Part shown: piece after piece, positions 10,803 through 17,540 of the stretch
Layout: every line of letters starts with the position of its first letter
Numbering within the stretch: the stretch's first letter is position 1
From: a virus
DNA: 64,000 nt
Strand: one strand, 5' to 3'
IMG/VR virus record: IMGVR_UViG_3300008085_000023
Coordinates: 77,906 to 141,905 of that record
Translations under genes and position numbers: made by a program
Notes under the pieces: generated by a model
What the model was told of the DNA's origin: nothing
What the model saw: only the letters and a program-made list of their open reading frames with translations
Database searches by the model: none

Positions 10803-11132
10803 TTATACCTTGTCGTGATAGCCACGCTTAAGTATCACTATATCTCTTTGACCAAACTGAATACAATTCTTGCGAATATGTGGATTCCAATCTCGCCAAT
10901 ATGAATGATGGCCGAAACGAAAATGGCATTCACGGCAAAGAGTGATAAGATTATCTGGATCGAATCTAAGTTCTGTTACCATTGCCCATGGTTGGATATG
11001 ATGAACTTCTAATTGTTTGATTCGACCACAACATTGACAAAAGGCCTCGGTAAGTAGGTGACTCTTCCTGACCTTACGCCAGTCGCCACCTCTTACCGAG
11101 GCCTTCAATTTATCTTGTATAGTCGTTATCAC
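10803..11132 (-). CDS. Small HNH endonuclease
   Basis: CQCCG...LEVHHI...NLITLCRECH. Confidence 0.85.
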   Translation of the reverse strand: MITTIQDKLKASVRGGDWRKVRKSHLLTEAFCQCCGRIKQLEVHHIQPWAMVTELRFDPDNLITLCRECHFRFGHHSYWRDWNPHIRKNCIQFGQRDIVILKRGYHDKV

Positions 11133-11140
11133 ATGACTAT

Positions 11141-11752
11141 TTATTCATCATCGTCGTCATTAGTCTTCTCCCTAACAAGGAATGAATCCAAGAAGGGTTT
11201 CCACTGAGGCTTCATATCGATATGAGCAGTCATTTGATTCATATGCAAAAACCACGAAGGCTTCTTAGGTTCAAACAACAATCTCATTCCTGCTTCTTCA
11301 GGTGTACGGTCAGCCTTGAAATGATTGCAGGGCTTGCATGCAGAAATTGTATTCTGCCATGACTTTGGTCCACCGAATGATTTCGGATTGATGTGATCAA
11401 CCGTCAATTCCTTTTTGGTGAATGTTTGGCCGCAGTAACCACAACGATATCCATCGCGCACAAATAAGCTTTCACGCGAAAACTTTACTTGGTTCTTTGG
11501 AAGACGATCGAACTGGGTTAGAATTACAACCTGTGGTACAGCTATACGATTATTAACCGTATGGATGATGTGCTGAGTAGGGCTCTGCTCAATCTTAAGA
11601 GAAGCGTCTAGCCAACTTTTGAAGTTATATTGAATATAGTTTTGATCCACTACGTGGCATTTGTCCTGCATCAGCAGCGACATAGTACGCTTCCAATTGA
11701 TAACATGTATAGGCATGAAAACCTTGTTTAAAACTAGTGCGTCTCTTTTCAT
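11141..11752 (-). CDS. HNH endonuclease (McrA-like), start revised to MKRDALVLN
   Basis: RDGYRCGYCG, TVDHINP, N...ACKPCN; the longer start in the track overlaps tRNA-Cys. Confidence 0.88.
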   Translation of the reverse strand: MKRDALVLNKVFMPIHVINWKRTMSLLMQDKCHVVDQNYIQYNFKSWLDASLKIEQSPTQHIIHTVNNRIAVPQVVILTQFDRLPKNQVKFSRESLFVRDGYRCGYCGQTFTKKELTVDHINPKSFGGPKSWQNTISACKPCNHFKADRTPEEAGMRLLFEPKKPSWFLHMNQMTAHIDMKPQWKPFLDSFLVREKTNDDDDE

Positions 11753-11768
11753 AATATTACTTTCAATT

Positions 11769-11844
11769 TGGAGGATGCAGTGAGAATCCAACTCACACAA
11801 TCACGGTTTGCAGCCGTGCGCCTTTAGCATTCAGCCATACACCC
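11769..11844 (-). tRNA. tRNA-Cys(GCA)
   Basis: Cloverleaf, CACGG-CTGCAAA-CCGTG, CCA; T-loop TTGGATT. Confidence 0.85.
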
Positions 11845-11862
11845 ATTAAACTACTTTGATCT

Positions 11863-11892
11863 ATATTAACATATTTAGGTGTAATTGTACAC
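11863..11892 (-). promoter_or_regulatory. Early-type promoter upstream of tRNA-Cys/HNH
   Basis: GTGTACA-N17-TAATAT. Confidence 0.7.
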
Positions 11893-12057
11893 CATTAGTT
11901 TTGCTGCCCAAGGTGAAAGCTCTCACCTTAGGACTTTAAATAGGTCAACCTTTAAGTCGCATTATTGGAATTGCTTCTTCACATATTACATATATCGGAG
12001 ACTCATACGTCCAATTTGACGTCTCCTATTATGCGTATACCGATTGAATGTGTAAAT

Positions 12058-12139
12058 TGGTGCGGATGGTGAGAATCGAACTCACAAATAATTCACCAAG
12101 GTTTGAGCTTGGCCGCTTTGCCAGATTGCGTACATCCGC
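12058..12139 (-). tRNA. tRNA-Leu(CAA)
   Basis: CCAAG-CTCAAAC-CTTGG, variable arm, CCA. Confidence 0.9.
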
Positions 12140-12148
12140 ATTTTGAAA

Positions 12149-12222
12149 TGGTTGCTTCACCGGGATTCGCACCCAGACAAAGAGCTTCAAAGACTCCTGT
12201 GCTGCTATTACACTATGAAGCA
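12149..12222 (-). tRNA. tRNA-Gln(TTG)
   Basis: Loop CTTTGAA, CCA. Confidence 0.85.
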
Positions 12223-12228
12223 ATAAAA

Positions 12229-12310
12229 TGGTACCAGTGGAGGGAATCGAACCCACAAACATATCACCTGCTTCTAAGGCAGGCCGCTTTGCCAGATTGC
12301 GTACACTGGT
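12229..12310 (-). tRNA. tRNA-Leu(TAG)
   Basis: CCTGC-CTTAGAA-GCAGG, CCA. Confidence 0.9.
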
Positions 12311-12474
12311 ATTAAAATGTGTTTAGTAGTGAACTTTACAACGCGAGAATTTATTGCTTCGCTCCACAATCGCTATATCAAGCAATTACTTCTGTTAGCA
12401 TCAACCATCCTCGTAGATGTGATATCATCTATCTTCAACGTATTTCACAGTGTGATACCATGACTAAACATAAA

Positions 12475-12558
12475 TGGTGTGGATAGGGAGACTTGAACTC
12501 CCACGCCTTTCAGCACAACGTTCTCGACGTTGCATGTCTGCCATTTCATCATATCCAC
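12475..12558 (-). tRNA. tRNA-Leu(GAG)
   Basis: CAACG-TCGAGAA-CGTTG (C33), CCA. Confidence 0.85.
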
Positions 12559-12681
12559 ATAAAAGGTTTCGGCCCTTTGGAGATTTGAGCATTATCTATA
12601 TTCTTGCTACTTATGCGCTGGGAATATTGCTTAGACAAGAGGCTTTCCTCATTGGCCTTGACACTCGTCAGTGCCCATTAT

Positions 12682-12763
12682 TGGTGCGGATGGCGAGACT
12701 CGAACTCGCAAATAAATCACCAAGGTTTAAGCTTGGCCGCTTTGCCAGATTGCGTACATCCGC
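12682..12763 (-). tRNA. tRNA-Leu(TAA)
   Basis: CCAAG-CTTAAAC-CTTGG; near-identical to the Leu(CAA) gene. Confidence 0.9.
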
Positions 12764-12769
12764 ATGAAT

Positions 12770-12800
12770 TGACACTAAAAGGATTCGAACCTTCATCTCT
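12770..12800 (-). pseudogene. T-arm remnant of a tRNA-like RNA
   Basis: GAGATGAAGGTTCGAATCCTT identical to the T-arm region of the RNA at 28831-28989; no 5' half. Confidence 0.55.
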
Positions 12801-12814
12801 CTTACTTTAATCGA

Positions 12815-12890
12815 TGGTGCGATAGGCGGGGTACGATCCCGCAACCTCCACGTTGGCAACGTGGTATTCTCCCAGTTGAATTACTATCGC
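12815..12890 (-). tRNA. tRNA-Gly(GCC)
   Basis: CCACG-TTGCCAA-CGTGG, CCA. Confidence 0.88.
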
Positions 12891-12896
12891 ATAAAC

Positions 12897-12970
12897 TGGA
12901 GCCGACAGACAGACTTGAACTGACATCATCTGATTACGAAACAGATATTCTTCCTTTGAACTATATCGGC
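12897..12970 (-). tRNA. tRNA-Thr(CGT)
   Basis: Loop TTCGTAA, CCA. Confidence 0.82.
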
Positions 12971-12975
12971 GAAAT

Positions 12976-13051
12976 TGGTGCACCGGCAGGGACTCGAACC
13001 CTGATCTCACGCATTAAAAGTGCGTTGCTAAGCCAATTTAGCTACCGATGC
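12976..13051 (-). tRNA. tRNA-Lys(TTT)
   Basis: ACGCA-CTTTTAA-TGCGT, CCA. Confidence 0.9.
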
Positions 13052-13060
13052 ATTTTAAAT

Positions 13061-13136
13061 TGGTACCTCTGTTCGGTAACGATCCGAATTCTCCGGGGTA
13101 AAGGCCCGGTCATCATCCATATAATGTTTCAGAGGC
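13061..13136 (-). tRNA. Atypical tRNA-Lys(TTT)
   Basis: CCGGG-CCTTTAC-CCCGG (C33); paralog of Lys(CTT) at 17465; T-loop ATCGTTA. Confidence 0.7.
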
Positions 13137-13145
13137 ATTGTAAAG

Positions 13146-13221
13146 TGGAGCCGACACTGAGACTTAAACTCAGTTCCCATCCGTACCAAGGATGAATTCT
13201 AATCAGTTGAACTATGTCGGC
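13146..13221 (-). tRNA. tRNA-Thr(GGT)
   Basis: CATCC-TTGGTAC-GGATG, CCA. Confidence 0.85.
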
Positions 13222-13232
13222 ATTAAAAAAAA

Positions 13233-13308
13233 TGGTTGGCCTGAGTGGATTTGAACCACTAACCTGCTGAGTCAGAGTCAGCCGCACCGCCAATTGTGCT
13301 ACAGGCCA
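13233..13308 (-). tRNA. tRNA-Gln(CTG)
   Basis: GCTGA-CTCTGAC-TCAGC, CCA. Confidence 0.9.
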
Positions 13309-13314
13309 ATAAGA

Positions 13315-13389
13315 TGGTCCCTAAGGAGAATTTCGAAATCTCGACATTTCGGATATGAACCGAACGCTCTGCCTCTGAGCTACCTAGGG
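13315..13389 (-). tRNA. tRNA-Met(CAT), elongator (Ile2 not excluded)
   Basis: TTCGG-TTCATAT-CCGAA, CCA. Confidence 0.8.
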
Positions 13390-13394
13390 ATGAA

Positions 13395-13485
13395 TGGCGG
13401 AAGTAAGAGGTATCGAACCCCAACCGCTTTTACACGGTCCAACTGTTTAGCAAACAGCGCCCATCACCATCAGGGATTTACTTCC
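13395..13485 (-). tRNA. tRNA-Ser(GCT)
   Basis: Loop TTGCTAA, long variable arm, G73-CCA. Confidence 0.88.
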
Positions 13486-13491
13486 AAAAAT

Positions 13492-13566
13492 TGGCTCGCG
13501 AGGCTGGATTCGAACCAGCGACAACTTGCTTAACAGGCAAACGCTCTACCACTGAACTACACGCGA
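13492..13566 (-). tRNA. tRNA-Asn(GTT)
   Basis: Loop CTGTTAA, CCA. Confidence 0.9.
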
Positions 13567-13573
13567 ATTAAAT

Positions 13574-13649
13574 TGGAGCCGCCACACAGACTCGAACTGT
13601 GATCACTGGAGTACAAAACCAGGGCTCTAAGCCTTTGAGCTATAGCGGC
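13574..13649 (-). tRNA. tRNA-Thr(TGT)
   Basis: Loop TTTGTAC, CCA. Confidence 0.85.
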
Positions 13650-13656
13650 AATAAAT

Positions 13657-13732
13657 TGGTACTCCTACTAGGACTCGAACCTAGACTAAAAGCTTAGAAG
13701 GCTCTTGTGCTATTCCCTTACACCATAAGAGT
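13657..13732 (-). tRNA. tRNA-Arg(TCT)
   Basis: Loop CTTCTAA, CCA. Confidence 0.9.
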
Positions 13733-13740
13733 ATTAAAAT

Positions 13741-13816
13741 TGGTGGCACAGGTGGGGAATGATCCCACGACCGGCAGGGTTTCAATCTGCTACTCTACCA
13801 ACTGAGTTACTGTACC
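13741..13816 (-). tRNA. tRNA-Phe(GAA)
   Basis: Loop TTGAAAC, CCA. Confidence 0.85.
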
Positions 13817-13823
13817 ATGAAAT

Positions 13824-13907
13824 TGGTGGCGAAGGTAGGAATTGCACTTACAAGTCCGAAGAGGGTGATTTACAATCACTTGAGCCCACTACCTGCTCAA
13901 CTCCGCC
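13824..13907 (-). tRNA. tRNA-Tyr(GTA)
   Basis: Loop TTGTAAA, variable arm, CCA. Confidence 0.8.
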
Positions 13908-13916
13908 GTGTTAAAT

Positions 13917-14005
13917 TGGTGGGAAATGGTGGTAACGCACCACTTGTCTACTTCCGTTCTGTTTTTCGACGTTGGTTTTACAGACCAATGAACGGTACAT
14001 CTCCC
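13917..14005 (-). tRNA. Atypical D-armless tRNA-Tyr(GTA)-like gene
   Basis: Acceptor GGGAGAT/ATTTCCC-ACCA, TTGGT-CTGTAAA-ACCAA, T-arm present; D-arm replaced by a 10-nt strand. Confidence 0.65.
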
Positions 14006-14071
14006 AAATAAAAATATGGGCCCTTATTACGGGTTTTCGACCGCGCGAGGGGCTAACGCCATGCTATTTGT

Positions 14072-14238
14072 TTTTGAAAGAGGTTCACCATAAACGCTCA
14101 ACAATTACCTAGGATGTTAAGCTTTCTCTGCTGACGTATCTTGCGATTGGATAGCTAATCCGGTGCGGCGAGAGTCGATTTAAGGACGTTTGCCAGACAA
14201 AACTAGAAACTGACCACAGACTGGTGAATCTTTCAAAA
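14072..14238 (-). ncRNA. Rod-like structured RNA (6S-like candidate)
   Basis: Terminal stem TTTTGAAAGA-TTCACCA / TGGTGAA-CC-TCTTTCAAAA plus inner pairings; ~167 nt. Confidence 0.45.
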
Positions 14239-14315
14239 TGGTAGGACAGTTCAGAATCGAACTGAAATTATTTCTCGGTGTAAACGAGGTGCCATAACCA
14301 TTAGGCGACTGTCCC
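14239..14315 (-). tRNA. tRNA-Val(TAC)
   Basis: Loop TTTACAC, CCA. Confidence 0.85.
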
Positions 14316-14995
14316 TACATAAATTTTCCACGAAGACCATCTCGTTTGCGGCCTTTCGTGTGATGTTGTGTATTTTCGTATCTCTTAATCAATGCTTCTT
14401 TTACATTTTTTACATGCTCAAGTGTTTTTGGTGTGCCCTTAAGCGCGTTTTTTACAATTGCTCTTCGACAATTCTCTGAACAAGACATACGATCCAAGCT
14501 AATTGATTTACCACAGTTTTTACAAAGGCCAGAACCCCTTTTATTCCAAGCGCTTCTGCCTTTCACCCACCCTTTCGGAATAATGGTATCATTAGAAATT
14601 CGGCTATTCTCTTTAAGCTCGATATTAGAAATCCACATTGTTCCAAACGAGCCATTAAATTTACCAACGCGCTTCTTACCATTAGCGCGCCATGTATCTA
14701 AGCACATTTTTCGAACCGCTTCATACATGCGGGAATTGCGAATATGAGGAATACCACGTTCTTCACATCTCATTGCCATCATATGACAAGCATGGGCCAT
14801 CTGTTTATTTTTATATATTCTAAATAAAAGTAGATGAGCAATCCAATGTTCACGACCTGTTAAAATTACTATATTAGTTAAAGAATAATCACCACCCATT
14901 GATTTGGGTAATATGTGATGCCGCTCGGTATAGCCTATGGCCGGGTGCTGAAGACGTGTATTGATTAGTGAATCGTAAATATATTTGTAGTTCAT
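14315..14995 (-). mobile_element. Free-standing HNH homing endonuclease (Mob-like), start revised to MNYKYIY
   Basis: YTERHHILPKSMGG...NIVILTGREHWIAHLLL; TATAAATA at 15001-15008, 5 nt before ATG. Confidence 0.85.
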
Positions 14996-15020
14996 AAGGT
15001 TATTTATATATTTGCGAACT

Positions 15021-15079
15021 TTCAAACCCCCACAATCTGCGTGTAAAACAGAGGTTCTAGACCTTTGAACTAACAGGGC
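15021..15079 (-). pseudogene. 3'-truncated tRNA-Val(TAC)
   Basis: 5' acceptor strand, D-arm, TCTGT-TTTACAC-GCAGA present; breaks off in the T-loop at the HNH promoter. Confidence 0.7.
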
Positions 15080-15087
15080 ATTAAAAT

Positions 15088-15178
15088 TGGCGGATGGAGT
15101 GAGACTCGAACTCACACGTGTTTTACCACTAACTGTTTTCAAGACAGCAGCCCGTAGACCGACTTGGCTTATCCATCC
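15088..15178 (-). tRNA. tRNA-Ser(TGA)
   Basis: Loop CTTGAAA, variable arm, CCA. Confidence 0.88.
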
Positions 15179-15188
15179 ATAAAAAATT

Positions 15189-15258
15189 GTTCGGTGTCCT
15201 ACCGTTAGACGACCACCCCGCAGTGGAGTAAGCAGGACTCGAACCTGCATTTCCGAAC
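15189..15258 (-). ncRNA. Circularly permuted tRNA-like RNA (YrlA-like topology)
   Basis: Order is T-arm, acceptor 3' strand, ACTGC linker, acceptor 5' strand, D-arm; closed by GTTCGG/CCGAAC. Confidence 0.7.
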
Positions 15259-15264
15259 GTTCAT

Positions 15265-15363
15265 TGGTCAGGGATGTGGGATTCGAACCCACGAGGCATA
15301 CACGCTTAGTATACCTATCCGGTTCCAAGCCGGACGAAGATAACCAGACTCTTCCAATCCCTG
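15265..15363 (-). tRNA. tRNA-Pro(TGG) with long variable arm
   Basis: TCCGG-CTTGGAA-CCGGA; 8-bp variable stem; CCA. Confidence 0.82.
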
Positions 15364-15368
15364 TAAAT

Positions 15369-15443
15369 TGGTGCCCTCTGAGAGAATCAAACTCCCATCA
15401 TTCGGTTCGTAGCCGAGTATTCTATTCGTTGAAATAAGAGGGC
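15369..15443 (-). tRNA. tRNA-Arg(ACG)
   Basis: Loop CTACGAA, CCA. Confidence 0.85.
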
Positions 15444-15454
15444 ATCTTATAAAT

Positions 15455-15540
15455 TGGCACCTAGGGTAGGAGTCGAACCTACAGTTGACTTTCGTCGACG
15501 GGTTAACAGCCCGCTGCAATACCATTCTGCTCACCTAGGT
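15455..15540 (-). tRNA. tRNA-Asn(GTT) with variable arm
   Basis: GCGGG-CTGTTAA-CCCGT; GAC-GAAA-GTC variable hairpin; G73-CCA. Confidence 0.8.
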
Positions 15541-15548
15541 ATTAAAAT

Positions 15549-15622
15549 TGGCGCCCCATAGGAGTATCGATCTCCTTCTGCTACCGTGACAGGGTAGTGT
15601 GCTTCCATTACACCAATGGGGC
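15549..15622 (-). tRNA. tRNA-Asp(GTC)
   Basis: CTACC-CTGTCAC-GGTAG, CCA. Confidence 0.88.
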
Positions 15623-15630
15623 TTGTAAAT

Positions 15631-15705
15631 TGGTGCGGCAACTGAGTAACGCTCTCAGAACTAATGGGTGGAAGCCATTCGTGTATCTATTAACACCTCT
15701 GCCGC
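15631..15705 (-). tRNA. tRNA-Gly(TCC)
   Basis: AATGG-CTTCCAC-CCATT, CCA; atypical T-loop. Confidence 0.8.
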
Positions 15706-15846
15706 TCGAAAAATGAGAGAGGATCCTTACCATCACTATTCTAAATTTGTGATGATCATTTAATTTCCGGATAGGAGAAGTCTTTAGAAACCTCTACGTC
15801 CTTGCCCTACTCTGAAACCCCTCGTAACAGAATCAACAGGCAATAT

Positions 15847-15921
15847 TGGGTTGACCAACGGAAATCGAATCCGTATCCCCGCATTCACAGTGCAGTGCTT
15901 TTGCCGTTAAGCTATGGCCAA
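15847..15921 (-). tRNA. tRNA-His(GTG)
   Basis: Loop CTGTGAA, C73-CCA. Confidence 0.87.
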
Positions 15922-15932
15922 ATTGTAAAAAT

Positions 15933-16009
15933 TGGTGCCCCCATCGGGCTTCGAACCCGAATCGCCGGATTGAGAGTCCAGTATTCTATACCGTTTAAAC
16001 TATGGGGAC
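15933..16009 (-). tRNA. tRNA-Glu(CTC)
   Basis: Loop CTCTCAA, CCA. Confidence 0.85.
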
Positions 16010-16016
16010 GATAAAT

Positions 16017-16091
16017 TGGTGCCTCCTGTAAAACTCGAACTTACAACGTCAGGTTCGTAGCCTGATGTGATATCCGTTTCACCAAAGAAGC
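16017..16091 (-). tRNA. tRNA-Arg(ACG), second copy
   Basis: TCAGG-CTACGAA-CCTGA, CCA. Confidence 0.85.
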
Positions 16092-16100
16092 AATACCGTA

Positions 16101-16769
16101 TTAAAACTTTATCTTACGGCCGATAAGCCAGCCCTCAGGCACCAGCATATCTTTTGGAACTCGTTTTGAGACCTTTTCATATGGGTTGTAAATCCACTTG
16201 GTCCCAAATTGGGAATTCCGACTGCCCAATTGACTAATTTTATTAGCCGACCCGATTCTTTTCTTAGCATCTTCTGAATGAGTTTTGCCAAGAAATGCTC
16301 GAGTATTCTTACGCTTTAAGAAATCTGGATCATCTTCAATTTTTAGTTTCAAACCCGTAACCCCTTGAATTGCGAGAATACTTCGCCAATTAGGACCATA
16401 CTTCGCCTTTAATTTTTCATCTGCAGCGATCCGGCCTTTACGGGCAACTTCAACGTTGGAAAATCCATTGAGATTGTTTTTATTGATTAAATCCCAACCT
16501 CCAGAACCACCAACCTTTAGGTTATATGTGTTTTCTTCAGTTAAGAAATCTTCATTAACGATCTCAGCTTCTTTAGCATACATGTCTTCAGGGTTGTCGT
16601 AAACGAACAAAATCTCTTTGGTAAAGTTTTCAATACCATTCTTCTTTTGAGCTCGTTTTAGATACTTACCTGAACCCATATAATTGTCATTCGGATCAAT
16701 GGTCTTATGGCTTCCAATATAGAACTTGCCATTGATCCGATTCGTTATCTTGTATATCGTATAGAACAT
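16101..16769 (-). mobile_element. Free-standing GIY-YIG (Seg-like) homing endonuclease
   Basis: YTIYKITN...FYIGSH...YMGSG, YNL..GG, NUMOD3-like GKTHSEDAKKRI; TATAAATA at 16788-16795. Confidence 0.9.
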
Positions 16770-16825
16770 AGAATTACTCCATGTTCTTATTTATACAAGT
16801 TCGAGTCTTGACTAGACTCTGAAAG

Positions 16826-16898
16826 TAGCGGAGGTTGGAATCGAACCAACGTCACTGGGGTTATGAGCCGCAGCGGGGAACCAGCACCCCACTCTGCA
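16826..16898 (-). tRNA. tRNA-Met(CAT), initiator-like; CCA not encoded
   Basis: Loop CTCATAA, 1:72 mismatch, GC-rich anticodon stem. Confidence 0.7.
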
Positions 16899-16901
16899 AA
16901 T

Positions 16902-16976
16902 TGGTACCCCTGAGCGGTTTCGATCCGCCTCCCTTTGGGTGAAAACCAAAGATCCTAGCCAGTAGACGACAGGGGC
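16902..16976 (-). tRNA. tRNA-Glu(TTC)
   Basis: TTTGG-TTTTCAC-CCAAA, CCA. Confidence 0.87.
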
Positions 16977-16988
16977 ATTAAAAATTGT

Positions 16989-17063
16989 TGGTGGACGATG
17001 CCGAACTCGAATCGGCATCCTCTGAGTGCAGGTCAGAGATTCTAGCCTTTGAACTAATCGCCC
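16989..17063 (-). tRNA. tRNA-Ala(TGC)
   Basis: TCTGA-CCTGCAC-TCAGA (C33), G3:U70, CCA. Confidence 0.85.
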
Positions 17064-17213
17064 TTAAAATGAAAATATAATGATCTATGTTTTAGCTGTT
17101 GATCACGGTCTACAACCATATCAACAAATTTCGAAAATGATAATGTTGATAAGCAAAATTCAGCTTTAAGCTGAGAAATATACTTTGCGAACTTTGAACA
17201 ACTTCTATGCAAT

Positions 17214-17291
17214 TGGTACGAGGAGAGGGCCTTGAACCCCCATATCAACTGGTTATAAGCCAGCCGGCTTCACCGATTTGCCTATCCTCGC
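17214..17291 (-). tRNA. tRNA-Ile(TAT)
   Basis: GCTGG-CTTATAA-CCAGT, CCA. Confidence 0.85.
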
Positions 17292-17298
17292 ATTAAAA

Positions 17299-17373
17299 TG
17301 GTCCGCGATGGTGGTAACGCACCACCTTTCCCTGTGTATCAGACAGGAGTAATAACTTTTATACTAATCGCGG
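17299..17373 (-). tRNA. tRNA-Ile(GAT)
   Basis: CCTGT-CTGATAC-ACAGG, CCA. Confidence 0.83.
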
Positions 17374-17379
17374 ATAAAT

Positions 17380-17454
17380 TGGCAGGTCCACCCAGATTCG
17401 AACTGAGACAATGAGTTTTGGAGACTCTCGTGCTACGCATTACACTATGAACCT
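17380..17454 (-). tRNA. tRNA-Trp(CCA)
   Basis: Loop CTCCAAA, G73-CCA. Confidence 0.88.
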
Positions 17455-17464
17455 AACGTAAAAA

Positions 17465-17540
17465 TGGTACCCCCGTTCGGTAACGATCCGAATTCTTCCG
17501 GTTAAGAGCCGGAACATCATCCATATAATGTTTCGGGGGC
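17465..17540 (-). tRNA. tRNA-Lys(CTT), first gene of the array
   Basis: TCCGG-CTCTTAA-CCGGA, CCA. Confidence 0.83.

Noticed and set aside
12561-12680. Hammerhead ribozyme (CTGACGA ... CGAAA on the minus strand)
   Set aside because: The bases after CTGACGA do not pair with those before GAAA to form stem II, and no stem III or cleavage triplet fits.
13061-13136. Ochre suppressor tRNA (TTA)
   Set aside because: The CCGGG/CCCGG stem centres the loop on TTT, and the body is a paralog of Lys(CTT).
14011-14067. HDV-like (theta) or twister ribozyme next to tRNAs
   Set aside because: GCC-CCTCGCGC-GGT resembles HDV P3/L3, but no P1/P2 partners or twister pseudoknot could be assigned.
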